From NCBI RefSeq assembly GCF_020745735.1, contig NC_083429.1, positions 49,519,877 through 49,583,876 of the forward strand: a DNA stretch of 64,000 bases, in the 5' to 3' direction. This DNA is from Hemiscyllium ocellatum (lineage: Eukaryota). The notes beneath the pieces were generated by a model. That model saw only the letters and a program-made list of their open reading frames with translations. It was not told where the DNA came from and ran no database searches. The translations under genes were made by a program, and so were the position numbers. This document shows positions 38,927-49,872 of this stretch, piece after piece. Each line of letters starts with the position of its first letter. The first letter of the stretch is position 1.

Positions 38927-39036
38927 ATATGGATGGATGAGTTCCTCAAATGGAATCCTATAAGGTTTGATGGCATCAATGAAATCTCGCTGCCCATTGA
39001 ATCTATTTGGATCCCTGATGTATTAATCCAGGAATT
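38927..39036 (+). CDS. HTR3B: 5-HT3B receptor exon 4 (110 nt, loop A)
   Basis: caacag|...|gtgagt; IWMDEFLKWNPIRFDGINEISLPIESIWIPDVLIQE(F), containing the WxPD Cys-loop motif. Confidence 0.95.
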
Positions 39037-39662
39037 GTGAGTAACAGTTTATAATGCATAACAGATAAGAAGTTCATTCCTAATTATTTATTATTGAATA
39101 GCGCTTTTGTTTCTTTCAAACAAGTTAATCAAAAAGGAAGATGTGTAATTACATAGCACCTTTCACGACATCCCAACGCACTTGGTGGTCAGCTTTAATG
39201 CACGGTCAGTGTTGTAAAGTAGGAACCTCAGGCAGGATATGACATCAGCAGCTCCATGAAGAGAGGCGGACTCTTTCCACAAAGTACGGCCTGTGGCAGG
39301 AGCATGCATGAGGGTTTAGAGGAGATGGGAGGAAAAGGTTTTTCAACCAGAGCATAGTGGGAATCTGGAACTCACTGGCTGTAAGGGTGGTGGAGGCAGA
39401 AACCCTCCCCACATTTAACATGTATTTAGACGTACTGTTAAAGTACCAAGGCCTATAAGGTTGTGGGTCAAGTCATGAAAAATGGGATTAGAATTAGTTA
39501 GGGACTGTTATTGACCAGCACAAATTCAATGTGCTTAAAGGGCTTTTAATTTTGGTGCTGTAGACTTTCAGGACTCCATGAATGTTTTTACCACAGGGAG
39601 GCTGCTGCACCTGTACAATTCTGAGTTGCCAGGAAACGGAAGGGTTTACAAGCTCATGGTCA

Positions 39663-39868
39663 GGTAAAAACAATGACTGCAGATGCTGGATCAGTGGTGC
39701 TGGAAGAGCACAGCAGTTCAGGCAGCATCCAACGAGCAGCAAAATCGACGTTTCGGGCAAAAGCCCTTCATTAGGAATAAAGCTGATGAAGGGCTTTTGC
39801 CAGAAACGTCGATTTCGCTGCTCGTTGGATGCTGCCTGAACTGCTGTGCTCTTCCAGCACCAGTGATC
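39663..39868. mobile_element. Palindromic hammerhead-bearing element (HTR3B intron 4)
   Basis: TSD caagctcatggtca at 39649-39662 and 39869-39882; CTGATGA at 39783. Confidence 0.76.
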
Positions 39869-40858
39869 CAAGCTCATGGTCAACCTGTTTTGCCATGTTA
39901 TGAAACACCTTCCACAGCGATCACATCCTGGAGTGGGGTTGGAACCCACAGTGTATCTGTCTACGAGGCAGAGAACTACCATGGTGCCACAAGACTTCCC
40001 TCAGCATCTGAATGACAAGTAGCAAGTTCCCATATATTGTACCGTGATAATGACCAGACAAACTATCCTTCTGATGCCGGTTGCATGGTAACTATTGACC
40101 AGGACACCAGGGAGAACGCATGTGACTATTTCAAGAAGCACTATTGGATCTTTCCCCTCTACTTAAGGGAGCACCATTCCCTCAGTAAAACATTGAAATC
40201 AACTTCAATATTTTACTCAGGTTCTGGGAAGGGGACTTGAACTCTCAACCTCTGACTCATCATTAAGACCTCCAACCACTGAGCCAAAAATATAGTTTCC
40301 CTAATTGTCAATCATCAATACACTAGGATCCTTGATTACTGTCTCTACGTTTATTTTGCCTGCCACTTACATTTTGAGTGACAGATTATAAACTTCATTA
40401 GGGCAAAGTTTGATCCATCACAATTCAAGGGGATGACCTTGTAATGTTATTGCTAGATTATTAATCCAGAGACCCAGATAATGTTGCAGAATCTTGCCGT
40501 GGCAAATGGTGAAATTCAAATTCAATTAAGATCTGCAATGAAGAATCTAAGGCTGACCATAAAACCCATTTGGTTCACTAACATCGTTTATGGAAAGTAA
40601 CCATCATCCTCATCCAGTCTGGTCTACACATAACTCCAGGCCATAGCAATGAGGTGGCCTGGCCAGTGTCAACCACATCCCCGCAATGATTTTTTAAAAA
40701 AATTCATTCTCAACAGTTGTTCTTATGGCCTCTTGATTTGCTTCACCTTCATGCGTTCTTTCTCTATTTGTAACTGTTTCTCATACCCTGATTTTCTGTA
40801 GGCATTCGTTAGTAAGCCGGATATGCATTGACCCAATCCTTTTCTTTTCCTCACACAG

Positions 40859-41028
40859 TATTGATGTAGGAAGATCACCTTACATGCCCTATGTGTATGT
40901 GAATTCCTCAGGGCATATTAAGAACTACAAACCAATACAAGTTGTCTCCGCCTGCAGACTGGAGATTTATGCCTTCCCATTTGACAAACAGAACTGCACC
41001 TTCACATTCTGTAGCTGGCTGCATACAG
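40859..41028 (+). CDS. HTR3B: 5-HT3B receptor exon 5 (Cys-loop, loops E and B)
   Basis: cacag|...|gtgagc; IDVGRSPYMPYVYVNSSGHIKNYKPIQVVSACRLEIYAFPFDKQNCTFTFCSWLHT, with the C-x13-C Cys loop. PYVYVNSSG and KPIQVVSAC are identical to human 3B. Confidence 0.96.
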
Positions 41029-44000
41029 GTGAGCCGAGAGGAAAAAATAATCAACAGCAACTTGCATTTATATTGTGTCTTGAACATAGCTAACCATGAC
41101 AGGAGCATTATCAGACAAGATTTAATGCTGAGCTGACCAGAAACTCAATCAAAGATAATTTTTAAGGAGCAACTTAAAAGTGGGGACTGAGATGGAGAGG
41201 TTTTGGAAGGGAATTCCAGAGTCTCAGCATTCTTTTTTCATATAATCTCTCACAGCTGTGCTTCAAGCCTCGTTCCCTCACACTCTCAAGGAAATACATG
41301 TTGTTAATCAGTACCTTTCCCAACCTTCCATTTCTGAAGGACTTGTTATTTTACCGAGCAACAACAGCGTGTACCTTTTGGTCAAAAGTAAATAAGAAAT
41401 TAAGACTGTGTGAAATTGGAAGTTGATAATGCAGAGTTGTTTGAAGCCCTTAATCAATTGTCATTGGGCAGAGGCAAATAGTAGATCCTCAAACCGGCCT
41501 ATAGTTGGCTCAGCAATGTCACATTGTTGTAATAATTACTATCGAAGTCCAATCAGGACCTTAAATTGAGTTTGGAATTGCTACATCTTTTTAGAAAGTA
41601 ATGTGGGGTTTAGGTTGAGTTGACAGGGAGAAACTGCTTTCACTAGCAGGTGGATCAATAACCAGATTTAAAATACATAGAACATAGTACAGCACAGGAG
41701 CAGGCCATTTGGCCCACCATTCCTGTGCTGACCATGATGCTGTTCTGACCTAATCCCATTTACCTGTGCATGGTCCATCTCCCTCTATTCTCTGCCTATT
41801 CATGTTTCTGTCAAAATATGCCTCAAACATGTAGACATTTATATGCTTCTACCACCTCCTCGGGCAACACGTTCCAGGCACCTATCACCCTCCGCATTTT
41901 AAAAAAACTGCCTCGCACATCTCCATTAACATTTCTCCCTCTCACCTTAAACCTATGCCCCCTAATAACTGACAATTCCAACCTGGGAAAGAAACTCTGA
42001 CTATCCACCCTATCCATTCCTCTCATAATTTCATATACTTCTCTCAGCACTTATGGGGAATACAGACTTTTTTAAAAAAATGCCACAGCTTATTCCTGTC
42101 AGACCTTTATGTTTGAGAGAAAGGACAACTTTTCTGTGGCAAATGAATGATGAAAAGCCCATCTAGATTTTAACGAGAGAACATTGCTACTGTATATAGA
42201 ACGGAGTGATTATTCATAATGTCTAAAGTGGCAGGTAGGGCCCCAAGAGGTCAGCTGACCAGTACAGGACAGGCCTCAGTGAGGATCTGCACATGGGGCT
42301 GTGACATCACAGCATTCTGTGCACAGGGAACAGAAGCAGGCCACTCAGCCCTTCCAGTCTGCTCTGCCATTCAATACGATCACCTCACCTCCACTCTCTG
42401 GCCTGTTCTCTATAACTATTCAACTCAGTAGTTGAAAATATGTCTCTCTCCTCCTTCAAATTTACTCAGTGTGTCACTATCCATCATACTCTGCGATAGT
42501 GAGTTCCACCGATTCACGACCCTTTGAGAGAAGTAACTCGCTCTCATCTCTATTTTAAGTTGCCTGTGGAGAGGCAATGGTTTAGTTGTATGAGCACTGG
42601 ACTGTTAATCCAAAGATCCCCGGTAATGATCTGTGGACCCAGGTTCAAATCCTGCCATGACAGATGGTGGAATTTGAATTCAATAGAAACAATCTGGCAT
42701 GAAGAGTCTAACATGACCACGAAAACAATTATCTGGTTCACTAATGTCCTTTAGGGAAGGAAACTGCCATCTTTACCTGGTCTGGCCTACATGTGACTCC
42801 AGACTCACAGCCTTGTGGTTGATACTTAACTTGATAGTTAGGGGTTTGTAATAAATGCTACTAAGAGGACAATAGAGTTTTCATAAGATGAATACTGACA
42901 CATTAATTGACCATTTGAACTAACTTTGAACTAATACATGGCATGACAATTTACGTAAATCAGATATCCTTCTTAAATAAAATACCATTGGATTAGCCTG
43001 TCTTCAGTCATATCACCTTATTACAGTTGATTGGACTTTTTTGTAATTAAGAACCCTTTCCCAGGAAACATCATTGGATTAACTTGCTGTAAATCATGTA
43101 ACCTTATTGTATGTGATTGGTCTTTCTTGTGATTAAGGTTGTACTATTCCTAAAGAAACATATAAACAATGTGTAATTTTCAAATGTAATTGCACAACTT
43201 CACCAAGGAACACAGAAGCTTCAATCTCTGTGTTGCTGGATAGATTGGGTCAAGGTACCTTAATTCAATAAACTAATGACCCTTGCTAACTTGAATAGAC
43301 CGCATTTGTTGATTCTTTTGACCAATCTCAAACCAAGAGGCCCCTCTTGAGGGGTCTTAGATCTTCAAATGCCAGCAACACCCACATCCCATGAATGAAT
43401 CAATAAATAAAAAAACTATGACTTCTCATTCTCGCTTGCCACATTTGGTAAAACATCCTCTCTACATCTACATTGCTAATTCCCTTCAGCATCTTATGTA
43501 TCTCAATTAGATCTCCTGTCATTCTTGCAAACCCCAGAGAATGTCGGGCTAAACTGCTCCATCTCTCTTCATAAGACAAATCTCCCATCTCTGGAACCAA
43601 TCTAGTGGACCTGCTCTGACTTGCTTCCAAAGCAACTACATCCCTCTTCAAATAAGGGAATCAGAACTGCCTGCAATATTCCAGATGCAGTGTCACTAAT
43701 ACTTTGCACAGTTGCAGCAACAGTGCCCTGTTATTTTACTTTTGCGGTAAATGCCGAGAGTTATCAGCAGCAAATACACCGCCAATGAGGAAGTTCAGGC
43801 AGGGGCTGGGGTCCCAGCAGGAGTAAGACAAAAACTGGACCAGAAGGAAGGACCACCCATGTACCGGGAATGGGTGCTGGTATTCACTGGGAACCAGCAT
43901 CCCTTTTTTCCTGGGAGTGATGGGAAGATTAGAGAAAGATTGGGAGGCTGATTGGAAAGTGAGAAAGAGAGAGAGAGGGATGCTATAAGGAAGAGACCAA

Positions 44001-44517
44001 CTTCACATGAAGTAACCATTTTTTTAAAAATTTTGTTGCATAGAGTATTTTGTTTTGCATCCTGCAGCACCATCTTTCGACAGATAGCTGCTTCCTATTG
44101 TTTAAGAATGATATCGGATTTATTTCTGCTCCTTTCAGCAACCAGAAGCGGTGATCATAGGGTACTCTGCTGACTCAGAAAGAGACATTAAACCATTTGT
44201 TTAAAGGTTTAGTGTCCAGGAATGTCTTCACAGGGGTTTCTTTTCATTGGAAGTCTTAACTCTAGTTATTTTGCTCCCTCAAGAAAACACTTAGATTATG
44301 CAACAGTCATTCTCGTCACTGTGCAAACTCAGTTCAGTTATAGATTCACGGAACGTTTACAGTACGAAGGAGGTCATTCGGCCCATTGTGCCTGTAATGG
44401 CTCTCTAAAAGAGTAATCCGTCTGGTGCCACTTCCCTGTTTTTTTCCTGTAGCCCTGACAATATTTCCTCATAGGATATTCACTCAGCTGCCACCTCTCT
44501 CTCCTTTTGTTTTGCAG

Positions 44518-44675
44518 TAAATGACATCAATCTCAAGCTTTGGAGAAGCCATGAAGAGATTGAGAATAACACCAGTGCGTTTGTAGATGACGGTGAATGG
44601 GAACTCCTGTCTGTTCCATCCAAGTATGAGATGTTGTATAATGAAGGAAGGGAATATGCTCAAATTCAGTTTAAT
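44518..44675 (+). CDS. HTR3B: 5-HT3B receptor exon 6 (loops F and C)
   Basis: ttttgcag|...|gtaagt; NDINLKLWRSHEEIENNTSAFVDDGEWELLSVPSKYEMLYNEGREYAQIQFN (cf. human 3B EWELLSV...FAQIQFN). Confidence 0.94.
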
Positions 44676-44977
44676 GTAAGTGAATGTGAGAGTTCATGGT
44701 CATGCTGCGTGCAGAAAAACTGGGGATACTACTTAGTTATTATTCTGTACTTAATGCATTCACCTTGAACAATTTCAAAATCTCCCATTAATACCGGGAT
44801 TGCTGGGGAGTTGGGGGGTGGAGAGTGGGGAAGCTATAGAAGTCCTTGGCCATGAGATGGTGTAAGTGAGCCACTACAACAAGAATTTATACCATTCCAA
44901 CAGGATTTTACTTCATTTTCATCTTTGAGCTGACAGTGGATGGCTGAGGGAGAGACATGGACAATAGTCAACCCATA

Positions 44978-45080
44978 TGCACAGACGCACACACATGCAT
45001 ATGTACTCTCACACACAGGGACATGCACACACGTGTACATACACACACACAGATATGCTCACACACATGCTCACACACCT
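44978..45080. repeat. Degenerate (CA)n-rich tract
   Basis: Direct observation. Confidence 0.85.
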
Positions 45081-45823
45081 ACCTACTTAGGGACTGCTTT
45101 AGCATGGAGAAGATGCGCTCCCAAACCTTCCCCAGGGAACCCTTTCCTTTCTCCCCTTGAAGCCTCCATGGAGTCCTGGCTTGAGTCTTCTTTCAGAACG
45201 TCTAAAGGTCTCCAAATATTTTACCAGTTAAATAATTAACCCAGGTGAGGATAAGTGTGGAGTTGATGATGGCTTAATGGTGTTGCCACTGGACTAGTAA
45301 TCTAGCAAACCTGGGTCATGGGTTCTCATCTCAGCCCGGTAGCACATTAACCTTAAATTCAACTAATTAAATCAGGAATTGACTAGTCTCAGTAATGATG
45401 ACTATTAAATAATTGTTGTACACACCTATCTGATTCACTCATGCCCCTTTTAGGGAAGGGAAATTTGCCTTCCTTGCCTGGCCTGGCCTACCTGTGACTC
45501 TGCAGCTGCAATAATGTGATTGGCTCTTAGCTGCCCTTCAAATGGCTGAGCAAACCGCTGAGTTCAAGGCAATTAGGGATTGGCTATAAAATGCTGGCCT
45601 TACCAGCATTCTGTGACAGAATAAAAAACAAATAGCTGTGTATTTTTGAAGAAACTTTGATTCTTTGATCTACTGCATGGGCCCTCATCCATATTGCAAT
45701 GAAAGGTTGGGATCAGGAGGTCATTTCCACAGGGCTCTGGGACTACCTCTGCAAATCATTCCTCCTCCCTTTCTTAAAGAGGGTGGCAAAAATAACAACT
45801 ACTCAGCACCCTTTGCATTGCAG

Positions 45824-46034
45824 GTCATTATAAGACGAAGGCCATTGCTTTACGTGGTCAGCCTGCTGCTGCCCAGCATATTTCTGATGTTGGTAGACGT
45901 GACCAGCTACTTCCTGCCTCCGAACAGCAGTGGGCGAATAACATTCAAATCCAGCATCCTGCTTGGATACACGGTGTTCCGGATGAACCTGAGTGATGAC
46001 CTTCCTGCTACTGCAATGACCACGCCCCTCATTG
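45824..46034 (+). CDS. HTR3B: 5-HT3B receptor exon 7 (M1, M2)
   Basis: ttgcag|...|gtaata; VIIRRRPLLYVVSLLLPSIFLMLVDVTSYFLPPNSSGRITFKSSILLGYTVFRMNLSDDLPATAMTTPLI. The M2 GYTVFR and lack of the -1' Glu are 3B-type. Confidence 0.96.
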
Positions 46035-46064
46035 GTAATATGCTCTTGTCTTTTCCACACATTA

Positions 46065-46200
46065 ATGATTTGGAGGAGCCGGTGTTGGACTGGGGCGGAC
46101 AAAATTAAAAATCACACAACTACCTGATGAAGAAACAGCGCTCCGAAAGCTAGTGCCTCCAAATAAACCTGGTGTTGTGTGATTTTTAACTTTGTCCACG
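46065..46200. mobile_element. Second-family palindromic hammerhead element, 30 nt after the exon 7 donor
   Basis: ggacaaaattaaaaatcacacaac ... gttgtgtgatttttaactttgtcc inverted ends enclosing a hammerhead motif; relatives at ~10110-10310 and ~53040-53240. Confidence 0.65.
46121..46155 (+). ncRNA. Minimal hammerhead motif of a second, unrelated family (stem II decayed)
   Basis: TAC CTGATGA A GAAAC AGC GCTCC GAAA GCTA GTG: palindromic AGCU stem III, CUA triplet, stem I UAC/GUG. Confidence 0.55.
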
Positions 46201-46478
46201 CCATTCTTTAAAATGAACAGGCAGATAGAAAGGAGCAATCTACATCCACATTCAGATACATTAAGTTAGCAGACTTTAGGACATGGAAGCAAGTCACCTC
46301 TTAGCATTTCACCTCTCAGATTCCTCCTCAAATTCAACCCAAATATTCAGATGAAATGAGAATGGAAAACCCTAGTTGGCAGACAGGCCACCATAGTACA
46401 GGGGTTCCCCAATATCCGTTTCTTTAATTCATTTGTGGGATGTGAGTATCGCTGGCTAGCCATCTATTATTTCCCACG

Positions 46479-46664
46479 GTAAAAACAATGACTGCAGATG
46501 CTGGAAACCAGATTCTGGATCAGTGGTGCTGGAAGAGCACAGCAGTTCAGGCAACATCCTACGAGCAGCAAAATCGACGTTTCGGGCAAAACCCGAAACG
46601 TCGATTTCGCTGCTCGTTGGATGCTGCCTGAACTGCTGTGCTCTTCCAGCACCACTGATCCAGA
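46479..46664. mobile_element. Palindromic element with the ribozyme core deleted (HTR3B intron 7)
   Basis: Arms meet at gggcaaaacccgaaacg; TSD atctattatttcc at 46462-46474 and 46665-46677. Confidence 0.75.
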
Positions 46665-46679
46665 ATCTATTATTTCCTG

Positions 46680-47520
46680 CCCATAGCTACCCTCCTCAGA
46701 TACCAAAGCAGCCCAAGTTCAAATGCAACAAGATCTGGATAATATTCAGGCTTGGGCTGAAAGTGGCAAGTAACATTTATGTCACACACACGCAAGAAAT
46801 TGGCCATCTCCAAAAAAAGACAATCTAACCACTGCCCCTTGATATTCAATGGTGTTACATTGCTGAATCCTCGATTTATCAACATCCTGAGGGTCACCAT
46901 TGCCCAGAAGCTCATCCTGGAGTCACCATGTAAACACAAGAGCAGATCAGAGACTGGGAATACTGTGGTGAGTAACTCACCTCCTGACTCCCCAAAGCCT
47001 GTCCAGCACCTATAAGCACAAGTCAGGAGAGGGAGAGATGAAATACTCCCCACTTGTCTGGATAGAGGCAGCTCCAACAACATTCAAGAAACTTGTCACC
47101 ATCTAGAACAAAGCAGCTCACTTTATTGGTAATACATTCACAAGCATCCACTCCTTCCACCACTGACGCTCAGTAGCAGTAGTGTATACACCCTACACGA
47201 TTCACTCACCAAGAATCCTTGCACAGGTCCTTCCAAACGCATGACCACTTCCAGGATGCAGGACAAAGGCAGCAGAGACATGGGAACACCACCACCTGCA
47301 GGTATCCCCTCCTGCCACTCAGCATTCTGACTCAGAAATATATCACCGTTCCTTCTCTGTCACTGGGTCAAACCTTGGAATCTCCTCCATCAGGGCATTG
47401 TGGATCAATCAGTTAATAGTACTTGGACTGCAGCTCACCACCACATTCTCAAGGACAACTAGGGACGAGCAATAAATGCTAACCCAGCCAATAATGCTCA
47501 CATCCCATGAGTGAATAAGT
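46680..47520 (+). mobile_element. LINE 3' fragment (CR1/L2 group); same family at ~49030-50520 (-)
   Basis: Shared segments (tataagcacaagtcagga; cagctcaccaccacattctcaagg...caataaatgct) recur at many sites, e.g. 15400-15680 and 31860-32240. Confidence 0.6.
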
Positions 47521-47868
47521 AAGGACTCGTACTTCCAAATATGATCCCATACAGGGGAGTAATATTGAAGACCCGACATACAAACATCTCCTGTACTTAT
47601 AAACAGCTGCTTTACATTGTTCTGCATAATATTCTGTCTTGCGTACAAATCAAATTGCGAGCAGACTCCAGGACAGAACTCGTTCACAATCTGAGGACTG
47701 CTCGGGTGTTGGTCAGTCAGTGAAGGGAGGTTGTGTAACTCCATTTTTGATTATTTTTATTTGTAGCTGATGATAGCCCAGGCTCGTAGGCCTCAGGAAA
47801 AACAGGTGGAAGAAACTTTGTCGATCCTTCATATGAATGTCTTTACAGCATTGCTTGTGGCCCAAGCA

Positions 47869-48061
47869 GAGTCAAAAAGCACAAGTCAGTCAGGCAGCAC
47901 TCGAGAAGTAGGAGAGTCAACATTTCCAGCATAACCTCTTCATCAGGAATGTTGAAGGGCTTATGCTTAAAACATCGACTCTCTTGATCCTCAGATGCTA
48001 CTTGACTGGCTTAGCTTTTCCAGCACCTCTGATCTCCAGCGTCTGCAGTCCTCACTTTCTC
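47869..48061. mobile_element. Older palindromic element (HTR3B intron 7)
   Basis: Degenerate arms; TSD cttgtgg(c/t)ccaagca at 47854-47868 and 48062-48076. Confidence 0.68.
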
Positions 48062-48370
48062 CTTGTGGTCCAAGCATACCTGGAGACACAGTGGTATCTT
48101 CCTCTGCTGTAACCACACATACTTACCTGAGCACCACCTTGCTCCCTTTATAATCTCTCCCTAGGTTCCCGAGACTCATCTTCGCCAGACAGCAGTCTCT
48201 CCCGAACTCCTTCTGACTGTCAGGAAGGAGAGTCACTGAAACGAATTTAAAGTTAAAACCTACATTTGCATATCTATGAGGTAACAGGGAATAAAAATGC
48301 CAAATTATGAGCATGTTTATTCCTATACTTGATTAAACCCAAACATCTGCCTTTGATCTCCCATTCTCAG

Positions 48371-48580
48371 GTGTGTTCTTTGCTGTCTGTATGGCCCTTC
48401 TTGTGATCAGCTTGATTGAATCGATTCTAATTACCAAGCTCCTGAGCATGAATGAGGAAGCTGAACCCATGACTGCTGTCTCCAAGTGTTGTGTCTCGAA
48501 GCTGATTTCTTCAAATCGGAGCACCACAGACAGTTTCTGCACTTCACTTAAGACCCAAGAGGGCATCTGTGATGACAGTG
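48371..48580 (+). CDS. HTR3B: 5-HT3B receptor exon 8 (M3, start of intracellular loop)
   Basis: ttctcag|...|gtgaga; GVFFAVCMALLVISLIESILITKLLSMNEE...EGICDDS; phase 1 at both ends. Confidence 0.9.
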
Positions 48581-49739
48581 GTGAGAACTCTTATACTGTT
48601 TCAACTATTTGTCTTTTACTTTGCTCCTAGTTTCCACACAAGTTCCCAACTTATCCACTTTTGTCCCTATTCTTGTCTTCTTCCTGAGCTATGTGGCACA
48701 CCTATTCTTTACTACTGCCCACAAGTAACTACTATCACTCATTGAGTCATACAGCACAGAGACAAGCCCTTTGGCCCAAACTGGTCCATGCTGACTACAA
48801 TATTCATCCACTCCAACCCCATTTCCCTGCACTTGACCCATATCCTTCTAAACCTTTTCCCATCCACATATTTATCCAAATACCTTCCAAATGTTGTTAA
48901 TGTACCCATCTCAACCACTTTCACTGGCAGCTCATTCCATATGCCTACCATCCTCTCTGGACCCTTGGGTGGGTCAACTGGCTATTGTTTTGTTGTAGTC
49001 ATCACAAATTCAATCCAAGTTCAGATCTAACTAGGGACATGAGCATCACTAGCTATGCCCATCCTAGTTGCCCTTGAGAATGTAATGAGTCTATATGCTA
49101 TAGGTAGGCCACCAATACTTTTAGGGTTTTGACCCAATGACACTGAAGGAACGACAATATATTTCAAAGGTCAGGATGGTGCATGACTTGGATAGGAACT
49201 TGCGGCTGGTGGTGTTCCCATCTATCTACTGCCATCTATCTGTTCCCATCTTTCTAGATTATAATGGTCATTGATTTGGAAGGCGCTGGCTAGGAACCTT
49301 GGTGAACTTCTGCAATGCATCTTATAGATAGTACACACTGCTGCCATTGAGTATTATCAGTGGAACTGAATGTTTATGGATGTCATATCAATCAAGTGAG
49401 AAGCTTTGTCTTTCTTGAGTGCTGTCAAGTCTTCCAACACACTCCAGATCTGTGCCTTGTAGATGGTAGACAGGTTTGGGGCTTCAGGAGGTGAGTTACT
49501 TGCCGCAGAATTCCTAGCTCTGGCCTGCTCTTGGAGCCACTGTGTTTATATGGCTTGTTAAATTCAGTTTCTGGCCAATGGTAAACCCCACAATGTTGAT
49601 AGTATAGCACTCAGCCATGGCAATGCCATTGAATATCAAGGGATGATGGTTCGATTTTCTTATTGGAGATGATCATTACCCAGCATTTGTACGGCACGAA
49701 TGTTACTTGCCACTTGTCAGCCCTAACCTGGATATTGTC

Positions 49740-49776
49740 ATTCCTGATGAAGGGCTTATGCTCGAAACGTCGAATT
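49740..49776 (+). ncRNA. Minimal type-I hammerhead ribozyme motif
   Basis: ATTC CTGATGA A GGGC TTAT GCTC GAAA CGTC GAAT, at the very 5' end of a TSD-flanked monomer. Confidence 0.72.
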
Positions 49777-49872
49777 CTCTATTCCTGAGATGCTGCCTGG
49801 CCTGCTGTGCTTTAACCAGCAACACATTTGCAGCTGTGATCTCCAGCATCTGCAGACCTCATATTTTACTTA
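49740..49872 (+). mobile_element. Single-arm hammerhead-bearing element inserted in a LINE
   Basis: 17-bp TSD ctaacctggatattgtc at 49723-49739 and 49873-49889; nearly identical to the arm of 19969-20192. Confidence 0.8.
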
